The position numbers and the translations under genes were made by a program. A DNA stretch of 64,000 nucleotides from NCBI RefSeq assembly GCF_009914755.1, contig NC_060947.1; one strand, 5' to 3'. This DNA is from the human T2T-CHM13v2.0 reference genome, Homo sapiens. Shown here piece by piece: positions 12,894 through 26,309 of the stretch (position 1 is its first letter; the number at the start of each line of letters is the position of its first letter). The notes below the pieces were generated by a model, which worked only from the letters and a program-made list of their open reading frames with translations, was not told where the DNA came from and did not search any database.

Positions 12894-13779
12894 AGATTTA
12901 AATTATATCTATCTACCTCAGGCAATCATTGATTTCTTTAATAGCTGTGTTGGAACATACTTTTGAGCAATTAGAACTCAATTGCTATCAAATAGCTTAG
13001 GTTTTAAAACGGCATTTAAAAATTACATGCCTGAACATTTAGGATAAATTAAAATCTTGTTTTACTTCTGATTGCTTATTATTCGGTCACTGAACATCTG
13101 AGTTTAATTTCAATGAATTCATCTGGTGTTTTCTAACATTATTCAAATTTCTAGGTTTTAAGATTGAAGGTTAAAACAAAACACACCTTTGATGTTCAAC
13201 CATATAAACAGGATTTAATTCCTCTCAAATAAAAAATGACCAGCCTATATATTTATTCTTAACTTCGAAACTAGTGTGCTCAAATTAAAGAATCAATTTG
13301 ACTGGGAAAGGTCCAGGTTAAATTTTTCTCCAAACTTCTGGAAAAAATCACAAGAGCATGTCTTGTGCCATGCATAATGGAAGAGATCTTCAACTCATAT
13401 TTTCTGTTTTCTCTGCTGAAGTCAAGTTGCTTTCAGAAAAAAATTACTTATATATATATACCATAGACATCCAAGTAGACATTAGAGCCCAAATGGTTTG
13501 AAAGGTTTAGGCAATAATGTCCTATGAAAATTATCACTACCTTTTCCTTAGATTCCTTTTTCAGGGCCAATATTTTCATGCCTTAAATTGAGAGGATGAT
13601 TAATAAGACATGTTATTTTCCCTTACAAACCCATGATGAGATAATGAGGCCAGCCCTCTGAGACCTTACTCTTGATAGTGCCTCACCAAACTGTAGTGAG
13701 GGTTTTATCTAAAATTTTGTTTGTATCTCAAAGAATTGTTTATTGAAAATATACTTTTAAAGCCAATGCTTTAAAATTT

Positions 13780-14285
13780 GGACTTACACTTCTATAAATG
13801 GCAAACTTGGTGATAATGACCAATTCTCACATTCTGAACAGCTAATAAAGGTTTTAAATGCCTTCTTCAAAACATCAATGAGATAGCATGATAGTCAAGA
13901 AAATCTAAGAGAAAGCAAAAACCCAGAAAGGTAAACTGAGCTCACAAAACTACTTTTGCTCTGAAGGTGTTTCCTGAAATGGAAGAAACAGCTGAGAAAC
14001 AAAGCTACAGTTTTGTTTAGCCTCACTGGGCTACAGAAAAAAAGTCTAGGGCCTTCCTAATGTAGGGACTCTGTTAATCCTTTCATTGAAAACTGAAATA
14101 ACAAAGTCCTACTCCCTAATGATAATGGTAAGCTAGATTTGCCATTGGTAATCTGGGGCTCTGACAGCTTGGATAAAATGATATTAGATGCTCCTGGCAG
14201 AAAAAAACAAAGTTCCTCTTAGAGAATCACCATTATAGTTCACAGACTTTTTTCCACAAATATTTTTGTAACAAAAATTAGTGTC
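13780..14285 (+). mobile_element. Old L1ME-type 5' region
   Basis: GACTTACACTTCTATAAATGGC start and L1ME-5'-like A-rich body; appears to resume at ~19450. Confidence 0.5.
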
Positions 14286-15048
14286 CAGTACTGGTTCCAG
14301 GTCCAGTATATAAGGGGGGCTTAGACATCTTCACTGTGTCCTAACAGGTAAAAGGTTGAGCAAACTGAAAAATAAACAACTCTTCTTAAACCACCTGAGA
14401 AGTGAGATTACGGGGTAAACCACTGCCATGTAAATAGGAGAGACAGGTAGGTGGACACAGAAAATCACAATTTACCAGAACAGAAACGCATGAGCAAAAA
14501 CCTCTGCAGGAACCAGTACTAGGGTAGGAAAACCTGAACTCTAATGAATGAATTGCTGGAGGCTCAGCATAGACAAGTCTGAAAGATAAAAACCCCAGGA
14601 TGATCCAGTCATAGGAGGGCCTTCAGACTTTCGTGAATTTTACCTCCAGGATCTCTATGTCCTCATAGTGAATATTGGAGAAAAATCCCCTTGTGCTTCC
14701 AGCAGGGATTTTTTAAAAAGAAACCATTCTGAATATGCCAGAGCTCTCTCTTCTTATCAAGGCCTGCCCTCAGGAAAACTATATTACCAGAACCTAACCT
14801 TCTGGGGCTATATTAGAGCCTAACCTACCTGGGGGAAGAGAAATAACCAATTCTAGTTCCCTATAGCCTTCTACATCAGTGAAGAGAAATACCCGACTCC
14901 AGCCCGCTCCAGTCATCCTGTGTCTAAACAGGAAATGAGAAGCACTGGTAAGTTCACAGTTCAGGGGCACAGTATCTGGAAAAGACTGAGATCTAATTAT
15001 AAGGATTATAGAATATTTCACTTTGCCCCCCCCCCGCCGCAATAATAC

Positions 15049-15062
15049 AAACATACACACAC

Positions 15063-15095
<33 letters not shown>
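15049..15095. repeat. (CA)n microsatellite
   Basis: Direct observation. Confidence 0.95.
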
Positions 15096-16325
15096 TCTTA
15101 CCACTACATTATTAAAGGATGATTTACTGCAGTCTCTTTTACCAGTATATAATGACTGTCTTTCAACAAAAAATTATAAGGCACGCAAAAAGGCAAAAGA
15201 ACAGTTTGAAGAGACTGAACAAGCATCAGAGCCAGAGTCACATATGGCAATAATATTGGAATTGTCAGACCAGCATTAAAAAAAAATTTTCTGTGAATAA
15301 TGCACTAAGGGTTTTCATGGAAAAGTGGAAAACATGTAAGAACAAATGGATTCCGAAAGCAGAGAAATAGAAATTCTAAGAAAGGATCAAAAAGAAATGT
15401 TGGAGATCAAAAACACTAAAGGAAATGAAGAATGCCTTTGATGGCCTCATGAGTAGAATGGACATGGCTGAGGAAAGAATCTCTGTGCCCGAAGATATGA
15501 CAATACAAATGTCCAAGACTAAAAGCAAAGAGAAAAAAAGACTGAAAACATTAAACATAATAGGTAAAAACTGTACGACAACTACAAAATGTATAACATG
15601 TATAATGAGAATAACAGAAGGAGAATTAAAAAGAAAGCTACATAAGTAATACAGGAAGCAATAGTGACTGAGAATTTTCCCAAATAAATGTCAGACACTA
15701 AACCACAAACCCAGGAACCTCAGAGAATACCAAGCAGGATTAATGCCAAAAACATAAACAAAATTATGCCAAGGCATGTTATGTTGAAATTACAGAAAAT
15801 CAATAATAATAAAAAAAATCTTGAAAAAAGCTGGGGGAGGTGGAAAGCAAACAAACAAAAAAAAACCCACCTTGCCTATGGAGGAACAAAGATAAGAATT
15901 GCATCTGACTTCTTAGAAACCATGCAAGCAAAAGAGTATGGACTAAAATAAATAAAGCGTTGAGAGAAAGAAAAACACCAATCAGTAATGCTGCACCCCG
16001 AAAAATTACTCAAAAGTGAAGAAGAAATAAAGACATTCCCAGTAAAACAAAAATTGAGGTAATGTGTTGCCCATAGAACTGCTTTTCAAGAAATGTTAAA
16101 AAAAAGAGTTGTTCAAAAAGAAGTAATACTATATAGGTCAGAAACTCAGAAATACATAGAGAAAGGAAGAGCATTGGAGAATAAATAAGTGAAAGCAAAT
16201 TTAAAATTTTTATTTTTTTCTGTTTTTAATTGACCTAACAGATAAGTTTGTTCAAAATAATGAGAAAAAAATATATTAAATTATGTGTACTTACATAAAC
16301 ATATATATAAGGTTGAGCACATATA

Positions 16326-16548
16326 CAGGTTGAGCATCCAAAATATAACAATACAAAATCCAAAATGCTTCAAATTCCAAAACATTTTGTGTTCAAAAGA
16401 ATTGCCCTTTGGAGCATTTCAGATTCTGGATTTTCAGATTAAAATGTTCATTCTGTAAGTATAATGCAAATATTCCAGAATATGAAAAAATGCAAAATCC
16501 AAAGCACTTTTGGTCCCCAAGCATTTTGGATAAGGGATTCTCAACCTG
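16326..16548. mobile_element. Tigger4/MER46 (Zombi)-type MITE
   Basis: TIRs CAGGTTGAGCATCC ... GGATTCTCAACCTG flanked by TA on both sides. Confidence 0.88.
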
Positions 16549-16680
16549 TATATGTGAAATGAATGACAGCAATGATAAAAGGGGCCAGGAGGGAGGACTT
16601 AGGATATTTTGTTATAAGAAACATGTCCTACTTGTGAAACAGTATAGTATTATTTGAAAGTGGACTTGAATACATTGTAA

Positions 16681-17030
<350 letters not shown>

Positions 17031-17055
17031 AAAAAAAGTTGTGTTTTTTGTAGAA

Positions 17056-17454
17056 TTTTTTATTATTATTATTATACTTTAAGTTCTGGAGTACATGTGC
17101 AGAACGTGCAGTTTCGTTACATAGGTATACACATGCCATGGTAGTTTGCTGCACCCATCAACCCCTCAGCTACATGAGGTATTTCTCCTAATGTTATCCC
17201 TCCCCTAGCCCCCCACCCCCGACAGACCTCGGTGTGTGATGTTTCCCTTCCTACGTCTGTGTGTTCTCATTGTTCAACTCCCACTTATGAGTGAGAACAT
17301 GCGGTGTTTGGTTTTCTGTTCTGGTGATAGTTTGCTGAGAATTATGGTTTCCAGCTTCATCCATGTCCCTGCAAAGGACATGAACTCATCCTTTTTTATG
17401 GCTGCATAGTGTCCATCAATAATAGACTTGATAAAATGTGGCACATATACACCA
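17056..17454 (-). mobile_element. L1PA (about PA5-7) 3' end with 5' inversion
   Basis: TTATACTTTAAGTTCTGG...CCCACTTATGAGTGAGAACATGCGG; 17411-17454 is the adjoining L1 sequence in the opposite orientation. Confidence 0.92.
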
Positions 17455-18167
17455 AAAAGTTTTAAAAGAAATATAATTTATATGCTAAGAAAAAAGAGAA
17501 AATGGAATCATAAAATGTTCAATTAAAACCACAAAAGGCAGGAAAAAATGTGGAAGACAAAATAAAAACAACAAACAAGGGCAACAAATTAAAAACTGTA
17601 GCAAATATATATATAATCCTATATATATATGTATATATATATATAATCCGGTTATCAATAATCACTTTCTAGATCAATGGTCTAAATACACCAATTAAAA
17701 GATTATCAGAGTGGATCAAAAAACAAGACCAAACTATATGTTGTCAGCAAAAAATCTACATTAAATATAAAGACACATATAGATTAAAAATAAAGAGATT
17801 CATAAAGCTATGCCATGATAACACTAATCAGAAAAAAGTGGGAGGAGCTATATTAATTTCAGACAGCAGACTTTACACTAAGGAAAGTTATTAATGATAA
17901 AGAGGGGCATTACATATTGTAAAAGGGTCAATACTCCAAGAAGACATAGCAATTCTTAATGTATTAGCAGCTAAAAATACAGAGTCAAAATAAATGAGTC
18001 AAAAATTGATAGAACTGCAAGGAGCAATAAATTAATCTACTGTAATTATTGAAGACTTTAACACCCTTTCATCCAGCAGGCAGAAAATCAGTAAGGGCAT
18101 AGTTGAACCCAACAGCACTATCAATCAACCGGATATAATTGACATCTTGAGACTACTTCATCCAACA

Positions 18168-18231
18168 ATATTATACATTCACATTACACATTACATATTC
18201 CATTACACATTACACATCCATTACACATTCT
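18168..18231. repeat. (TTACACA)-type tandem expansion inside L1 ORF2
   Basis: CATTACACATTACATATTCCATTACACATTACACATCCATTACACATT. Confidence 0.8.
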
Positions 18232-18492
18232 TATCAAGGTCACACGGGACATTCACTAAGATAGACCACATTCTAGGGCCTATGATACACCTAAACAATT
18301 TGAAGTAGTAGAAATAAAACAATGTCTGGTCTGAGATCACAGTGGATTAAAATAGAAATTAATAACAGAAAGATACATGAAAAATCATAAAATACATGCA
18401 ATTAAACAACATATAAATAACACATGGGTTGAAAAAGGAATGTCAAAATAAATTTTAAAATATATTGAACCAAATCAAAATGGAAATAAAAC

Positions 18493-18563
18493 TGATAAGT
18501 TTTTTGATAAAAATTTTTGATAAAAATTGATAAAAATTTTGATTAAAAAATTTGATAAAAATT
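18493..18563. repeat. (TTTGATAAAAA)n tandem expansion inside L1 ORF2
   Basis: About 6 imperfect copies. Confidence 0.85.
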
Positions 18564-19208
18564 TGTGGGATGCAATGAAATCAGTGCCTAGAAGGAAATT
18601 TATATCATTAGAAAAATGATATCACTAGGAAAAAAATCTAAAATAAATTAAACTTTCACCTTAGGAAACTAGAAAATAAGAGGAAATTAAACCCATAATA
18701 CGAAGAATAAAACAAATAATAACCATTAGTGTAGAAATCAATGAAATGGAAAAGAGAAATCAATAGAGAAAATAAACAAACCCAAATTCTGGTTCTTTGA
18801 AAAGATCAATGAAATTTTAAACCTCTATCCAGGCTAACTAACAATAAAAGAGAAAAGACACAAATAACTAATATCACAAATGAAAGACAGGACCTCAACA
18901 TAGAACCCATGAACAAAGTACAATAAAGGAATATTATGATCAACTCTGTGCCTACCCTTTTGATAACCTAGATGAAATGGACCAATTTCTTGAAAGATAT
19001 CATCTGCCAAAACTCACACAAGAAAATATAGACAATCTGAATAGGTCTTTATCTACTAAATACATTGAGTAATAATTAAGACCCTTCAAAAACAGAAAGC
19101 ACTAGGCACAAATAGGTTCACTGGTGAATACTACCAAACATTTAAAGAAAAAATATACCAATTCTGTACCATCTTTTCAAAGAGCTAAAGGCAGAAGAAA
19201 TACTTCTT

Positions 19209-19450
19209 ACTATAGACTGAATGACTGTGATGCCCAAAATTCATATACTGAAGCCTAATCACTTATTTGATTAGTATTTGAAGATGGAGCTTTATGGAGG
19301 TAATTAGGTCATAAGGGTGGAGCCTTCATGAATGAAATTAGTGAACTTATGAGAAGAGACATGAGAGAAATGATGTCTCTTAGCCATGTGAGGATACAAT
19401 GAGAAGCAGGCCCTCACCAGAACCTGACCATTATGGCACCCTGATCTTGG
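19209..19450 (+). mobile_element. MLT1A0-like MaLR LTR, 3'-truncated
   Basis: CTATAGACTGAATG...CCCAAAATTCATAT...GGCCCTCACCAGAACCTGACCAT...GGCACCCTGATCTTGGA. Confidence 0.85.
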
Positions 19451-19604
19451 ATCAGAGAAGATAACATGCAGAAAGTTACAGTGAGAGGGTTTTTAGTTGG
19501 TGTCCCAGAATGAGAAGAGAGAAATAGTGGAGCAGGGACAACTTTTAGGACATAATGGCAAATATACAAAACATATAAAAGACACTAATCTACAGGAAGA
19601 AATC

Positions 19605-19650
<46 letters not shown>

Positions 19651-19930
19651 TACATACACCAACCCTTCTATCTATATCTAGAGATATACCATAAATATAT
19701 ATATACCATAAATAAACTATGGTATATTCATTCAGTAGATACTACAGAGCAATGAAATGAGTAGATTTCTGCTTTATGCCACAACTGCTAAGGATCTTGC
19801 AAACACAATGCTAAAAAAGATAAATGAGAAATAAGATAATGCAAACAATGTGATTAGACTTCCACACAGTTCAAAAACAAAACATAATTTTATATATAAG
19901 ACAAAATTACTAGGAAAAGCAAATAGGTCC
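19451..19930 (+). mobile_element. Old L1ME fragments (ORF1 piece and 3' piece) with (CA)n at ~19610-19650
   Basis: GGTGTCCCAGAATGAGAAGAGAG...AAAGACACTAATCTACAG; ATAAACTATGGTATATTCAT...ACTACAGAGCAATGAAA. Confidence 0.6.
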
Positions 19931-19949
19931 TTAGCTAGCAATGGAGGTC

Positions 19950-20215
19950 AAATACTTCTCACAGTGCATCATTCTGTCCTCTTCCACAGTCACATCTACT
20001 ACCTTCTCTAACCATTTTTCCCTTTTCCATTTTTAATGACACTTCTGAATACATTGGGCTCACCTGCACAATCCAGGATAATGTTCTTAGTTTAAGGTCA
20101 CCTGATTAGCAATCTTAATTCCACCTGCATCCTCAATTCTTTGCCATGTAACACAATGTATTCAAAAGTTCTGGGGTTCAGGGCACAGGCATTTTTGGAG
20201 GGCTATTTTTCTGTT
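19950..20215 (-). mobile_element. MLT1D-like MaLR LTR fragment
   Basis: TACATTGGGCTCACCTGCACAATCCAGGATAAT...TTAAGGTCACCTGATTAGCAATCTTAATTCC. Confidence 0.8.
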
Positions 20216-20659
20216 TATTAGTTATATTCTTTATCAAAATTTTGAAACACATTTTTAGATCACAAAGTTTCTTTTTAGTTCACCTAAAGCCACATCTTGA
20301 CATTAAATTCATATTCAAAGTTGATGTAAAATGTGATGCCAAATTTCACTATTGTTCCTCTAGTGGTTTTACAAATGTACTATGTGAATATGCAAATGAA
20401 GTTGAATAATTCATCCAGCTCAAAGCCAAATATAAAATGAAACTATATATGTAGATATTTTCTAAAAACATACTGAAACTCTGGCATAAATATACTGTAT
20501 ATTGATATTATCATTATTCCTTAATTATAAAATTCTGATATAGACAGACCTTTTAACTAATTGCAACTACTGCCTAATTTTATACTGAGAAAATGAATAA
20601 TTTACCATATACATGCATCAGTAAAAAATTTCACTATAAGGAATGAAAGCAATGGGAGG

Positions 20660-20661
20660 TG

Positions 20662-20692
<31 letters not shown>

Positions 20693-20782
20693 ATATATAT
20701 ATACACACACACACATATAGAGAGAGAGGGAGAGAGAAAGAGATGTGTATGTATATACATATGTATCTATATATACCTATAT
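20660..20782. repeat. Compound (TA)(TG)(TA)(CA)(GA) microsatellite
   Basis: Direct observation. Confidence 0.9.
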
Positions 20783-21322
20783 AAACACAATAAAATGCAT
20801 ATTAGTTTAGAAAGTTATTGGCTCCAAGCTTCCATACATCTACTAGTCTCAAACAGCAGAAGTTATCATCCTAGTAAGATTACTTAGAAAGTAACTGCCT
20901 TCTTATCAGACGAGACTATCTCAGTTTAATATTAATCAGTTTCCTACATATGCAATAAACAAAATCTTGTTTCTATTTTTCCATACAGTAACTAGAAAAA
21001 ATAGTGAAACTATTTTTTTCGCTAAACTTGTGATAACCAAAACATTTACTTGATTGAACCTTTGGGACCATCCCATCATGGAGGTTATTTCTGTGCTTTT
21101 AATAGTCAGAAGGTGCCATCTGATATAACCATTTCATGTTGTTTATAAGACAACCAAGGCACAGAGAAGTTCATTCCTACAATTGGAGAAAAGTTGCTAA
21201 CAGAAGTGCGATTGAAATTTGGTCAAGAATGCTTAAAGCCACAGAAAACGTGTGCTTCAGCAAAAGGATGTGCTATTTGTAGAAATGGCTAACATGATTC
21301 TCCCTTAGATGCAAACAGCAAC

Positions 21323-21360
21323 CCATCCATCCCCCCATCCATCCATCCATCCATCCATCA
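21323..21360. repeat. (CCAT)n microsatellite
   Basis: Direct observation. Confidence 0.9.
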
Positions 21361-22199
21361 TTCTTAATTATGTAGCCTAATAGCATGTACCACAATTAAC
21401 TGAACTTTTAATTGAGAACACATGTACTCTCAACCCCCATTAAGATAGTAAACTAATTTATAATTTTCAAAATCTTTGGAAAAAAATAAAGTAGTTCACT
21501 CCTCTAAGACCTCCAATATTGCTTTCCTTTAATTTTAAAACCACCTTAATTTAACAGAGACACCTCCTACTCTCCAGTCAGCATCCCAAACTATCAAAGG
21601 AAAGATTGCTTTGAAAATTTCTCAACTGCTTTTAAAATTACATGGTGGAAGTGTCATTAATTCAATAAACATTAGACACCTAATATATCAAAACCACTAA
21701 AATGTAAGATTTTAAAATATAATCATTGGAATAGCTCTTCAGAACTCATCTTATTTGATCATTCCAATCAAATATGTGTTATCTAAAGCCTTTTTCACCG
21801 GCTTATGATTTTTCAGAATAATGTGAACTACATCCCTGATTACTAGAGAGACCTATTTGTCTCTATTATTTCTCTACGTTTCTAAAGAAAAAACTGTTAA
21901 TTGGCATAGTCCTAAATTTATATTGCCTGATTTCACCAATTCCTTGATTAGTGTTTTTAAAAATCCTCCTTTCATATTCTTGTCCCTCATTTAAAATGTT
22001 ATCACCTCTCAAATAAAAATCTCATTTTGCCGGTTACTTAGAATTACAATTTGGAAATGATTTTTCTTCTTCATTAGGAACTTCTTCATTTAAATTTTAC
22101 ATAAAAGAAAATAATTGTTATTCTCACTACAAAGATCAGAACTTAATAATTCAGATATAAATTTTTGGTTAAAAAATAAATTTCTAGGCCTTATATTTA

Positions 22200-23332
22200 A
22201 GTGTTGTTTATTCTTTACTCGTTCATGTACAGAAGATGACAAACTGTCTCTTATATGGAGAGTTTGTAGGTCTGCCAGATTGTTCATCTTATGTTGGCCT
22301 GGGCACATTGTCACCAGATTCCACAGACACTTGAGGTGATATTAGCAAGCTTTTAAGATAGCTGTGGTGCATACCAATTCCCTTTCCAAGCAGGGTAGAT
22401 GCTATTTCCTGGGACCAGCAAATGAAAGAAATAAGCACAGGACAGAAGTCTGAGCATCTGATGTTGCCTAGGTCAAAGAGACTCAGCTAGTGCCATCAAA
22501 CTTGAAGATAAGGATCTATGTTTGTTAGAAATGAGCTAGAATGTCAGCACATATTAAAAAAAGAGATCTTCAGATGTGTCTTCTACAGACCAGACCAAGA
22601 TCTTTGCTGTGCAAGAAGAATGTGTTCCATTAGAGCTTCCATATTTACAAAGCCCTGGGACCCCATTTGGCTTTGTGGTCCCAATGAATTCCAACTGTAA
22701 TATGTTGTCATTCATTGCACTTGAAAGAGGCTCAGGCTTCAAGTTTATAAAAGGAAGCAAATCTGCTTAATGAGGTCGCATGCCTCAGTCTCCCGCTCTA
22801 TTTTACAGCTGGAAAGAAAACATCAGTAAAGAGGAAAACATTTCCAAAGTAATGTTTTTATTTTTCCAGAATCCTCGCCAGAGATGTGCTGTGATATCTG
22901 TTTTGTCTGACAACACAAAAGACTGAAGACAATCCATACTACCTCAACTGGGAACCTAAAGCGTAGTGTGCTCTGATATAAGAGCATCTGCAGGAGAAAG
23001 AGGATTGAGATGTTAAGTCATTGGTTGACATTGCCATGAGAAGTTTTCCTGCCATGTTTGGGTTGGAGAGAATTTGATGGTGTTGATTCTGGACTGTAGG
23101 AGTCAGTCAGCTGCAGTTAGACTCCTTACCATGGAAAGGCACTTTTGAGCCGTGGCAGCACCCTGGCCTCTGCTTTTCAAGGCTGTTGGAGTGTGAACCT
23201 AAGTTCTGCTTTGGGAAGACCACGATTTCCTACAGTAAACTGAGAAGGCTGCATCCCCAGATGAACAAAAATTAGCAACATCTAGGAGGCAGTTTGCAGC
23301 GGAAGTCCCTTGGAATCCTTGTTCATTGTCCT
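22200..23332 (-). mobile_element. Candidate ancient RLE-type non-LTR retrotransposon relic (R4/Dong-NeSL-Hero-like; Mam_R4 candidate)
   Basis: Frameshifted minus-strand motifs in ORF order: DNEQGFQ..LLDVANFC, F.W*GV, LCK../MEHILL/GL..RRH, CP..WSQE, PAWK, KLA(K)Y, then AATAAA. Recognised by eye; a decayed processed pseudogene is not excluded. Confidence 0.5.
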
Positions 23333-23334
23333 AC

Positions 23335-23810
23335 ATGCATTTAATCACTTAGCAAACACGTAATGAGCACTTATTACATGCTAAGCCTTCTTCTAGCACT
23401 GGAGGTGTGTGTGAACAAAATATATCAAAATCTCTGTCCTTGTGAGGCATCCCTCCATCAGAACAAAATTTTTCACCTGGAAACTAGGCTTTAAGGGAAA
23501 AAAAATCAAAACTCATTTTGGAAGTAAGCAGTGTATCCCAGGGCTGAGGTTCCAAAATCAGGATTTGAAAGTGGGTGAAGCTGGACCACAGCTGCATGGT
23601 GGAGAAGAAAGAGTATCAAGGATATCAAGTTTGGCTTGGGGAACACCTAAACTCTCAGAAGCATCAAGTACTAGGGGATTGTCCAATAGGTAAAAGTCAG
23701 ATTGAAAGCTGAGTATCTGCACAATGGTGACACATAAGATGGGGCTAGTGGGATTGGGGGGCAGAGCCAGGATAGTGCCTGAGAGAACATATAGTAAAAC
23801 AGTGTTTTAT
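23335..23810 (-). mobile_element. L2 fragments
   Basis: AGCAAACACGTAATGAGCACTTATTACATGCTAAG...GTGAACAAAA...CTGTCCTTGTGAGG. Confidence 0.6.
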
Positions 23811-24181
23811 TTAATAGCTGTAGTTTCACCATGAGCAGGGAGGATGCTATTAAGAGCACCTAGCTCATCAATTTTCTGATTAAATTTTGTGTTAAGACTG
23901 AGCAACTATAGAAACAGAAAACCAACTTAGGACTCCTTACCCTGAAATATTCTCTGGATGAGTTCTAGCCTCACTACCCATCTTTATTTGTTTTTCTGTT
24001 TTGATTAGATGGCTACATAGATAGGAAGACCCTGCACTTTCTTGTTGTAGGTCTTTTCACAGGGTCCTTTAATTGTCAATCTTCCTTAGTGAACTAAAAG
24101 TTCTAAAAGAAAAACTACTTTGATGTCATTCTCTTTCTATTCATATCTGGTATCTATCACAGTACCTGATTTCATATTAAG

Positions 24182-24312
24182 CAGGGTCACCTTACATAGT
24201 TGCACAGATTATTCACTGTACAACTCCAGGGGCACCACACTCATAAATATGATGTGAATGGCACACTTGAAATTGTGCAGTGCACAACCACAGAAGTACT
24301 GATGGTTGCTCT
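24182..24312. mobile_element. MER91-type hAT MITE
   Basis: CAGGGTCACC...GTTGCAC...CACTGTACAACTCCAGGGGCACCA...TGGCAC...TTGTGCAGTGCACAAC palindromic structure. Confidence 0.75.
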
Positions 24313-25421
24313 GGAACATCAATGTTTATTAAATTAAGGCAAATATTTTTTAGTTTATGATTTGTTGTCAGATGTCATAAATATGCCAGCTTGTGACACA
24401 CGTAAGAGTACATGGCAAGGACAATGGAATTATATAATAAATAAAATGGATTTCTATTTTAATCTCAGACTAAAAGAAATGGCTTTGAAAATTTGTGTTG
24501 ATTATTTAGTGAGGTGAAGGAACAAGAACACCTCATTTTTAAAAAGATAAAACTTTGAGAATAAGTAGATTTTAGTTTCTTTAGAAATGCATCGTTTTAA
24601 AAATTGGAACTTTCAATATAGTTAGATTAGCAAATTAGGAGGTTCACTTACTTAAGTGAACAGAAAGCTTGGAGAACAAAAGTAATATGTTAATAGAATT
24701 TGATTTTTCCAAAATGTCCCCACAAAGTAATCTTTATACTTATATATGCTTTGGCAATATAGCCACCATTTTTTCCATATTACACATGCTATAAAAGTAA
24801 TACAAAATATTGTTTCTACAAATGAACTTCAAATCCCCTTTAACAGATACAAAATAACAATTGGGATAAAGTGATAATTGTTCCTGCCTAATCTAGGAAC
24901 ATTTTTGATAGGTGAAGTGACTGAAAGCTTAGTTGTTTCCATTTGTACAAGAAGCTTTACAATTTGGATGTTTTTCTGAACTTTGTAAGCTATGATTTCT
25001 TGCTCCTTTGTTAAGTTCCAAGTTCATGTAAACTGCTAGCATAGTGTGTCTTTAGAAATGGTATTCAGAAGTATTGTGTTAGTTTCAATCCAATACTGTT
25101 GTCTATTAAGGTTTACATGTTTCCAAGATGAACATTCATGATCTTTTTCAAAACTCTGATTCTAAAATGTAATATAAACCATTTCAATTAGAATAAATTG
25201 AGATAAAGTTATTTTATTCACAGTTATTCTTGTAGAACAACTTGACATGGGGATCTCTTGGAATGTGGTAACCTCAACTGATCTATTTTTAGTGTCACTG
25301 AAGAGAAGTCAAAATATGGCTCACCAGCTACAGGACCACAACACTGTTAAATGAAGCATTTTCTTTAGTGGATAAAAACTTAATGTGCTGATAGCTATCA
25401 TGACTCTAGAATTCCATGTAA

Positions 25422-25796
<375 letters not shown>

Positions 25797-25859
25797 TAAA
25801 GCATCCAAGGTAACTGGTAGTAAAAAAAAAAAAAAGAAGTAGATCTCAAAGCAATGGCC

Positions 25860-26055
25860 CATGTGGTTGTTTCTCTAGGTGTTTTAAAGACCACCTACAT
25901 AAGAATAACTTGGGGGCACTGGTTAAAAATTTAGACTTCTGCAATAAAATCAAGCATAGAATCTCAGGTGAATAGAGCTGTGATGGGAATGTGCTTATTG
26001 AACAAGCTCCCCAGGACATTCCTGTACATGCTAAATCTTGAAAAACACTGACTTT
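25860..26055. mobile_element. MER5-type hAT-Charlie element
   Basis: ACCACCTACATAAGAATAACTTGGGG...AACAAGCTCCCCAGG...TTGAAAAACACTG. Confidence 0.75.
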
Positions 26056-26309
26056 AAAATGCTTCATTCAACTGTGTTGTGGCCCTGTAACTGGTCAGTC
26101 ACTGACTTAGAGAATAGTTTTTGGGTTTATTTCATAGTTTTCTTTAGTCTACATGGACTGGGCAGATGGGACACTTGCTTTCTGAAAATGAAAATATTAA
26201 AGAAGACATGAATAACTTAAAATGATGGTACTCATGTTTAGCATTATTAACTTATAGTTAGACATGTTTGCTAAAATGATTGAATTCAACCTCCAGACTA
26301 AGAATCATG

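Noticed and set aside
15425-15951. ORFs with coiled-coil/RRM-like peptides
   Set aside because: Broken L1 ORF1p remnants within the L1MC element.
22350-22400. Minus-strand LLGKGIGMHHSYL resembling a Ski2-helicase motif (RGIGxHH)
   Set aside because: No other helicase motifs lie nearby and stops flank it. The RLE-LINE reading explains more motifs in the correct order.
22518-22770. Plus-strand ORFs with APE-endonuclease-like bits (FYRP, NSNCNML)
   Set aside because: Spacing is poor and the catalytic GDFN is absent; the minus-strand interpretation is more coherent.
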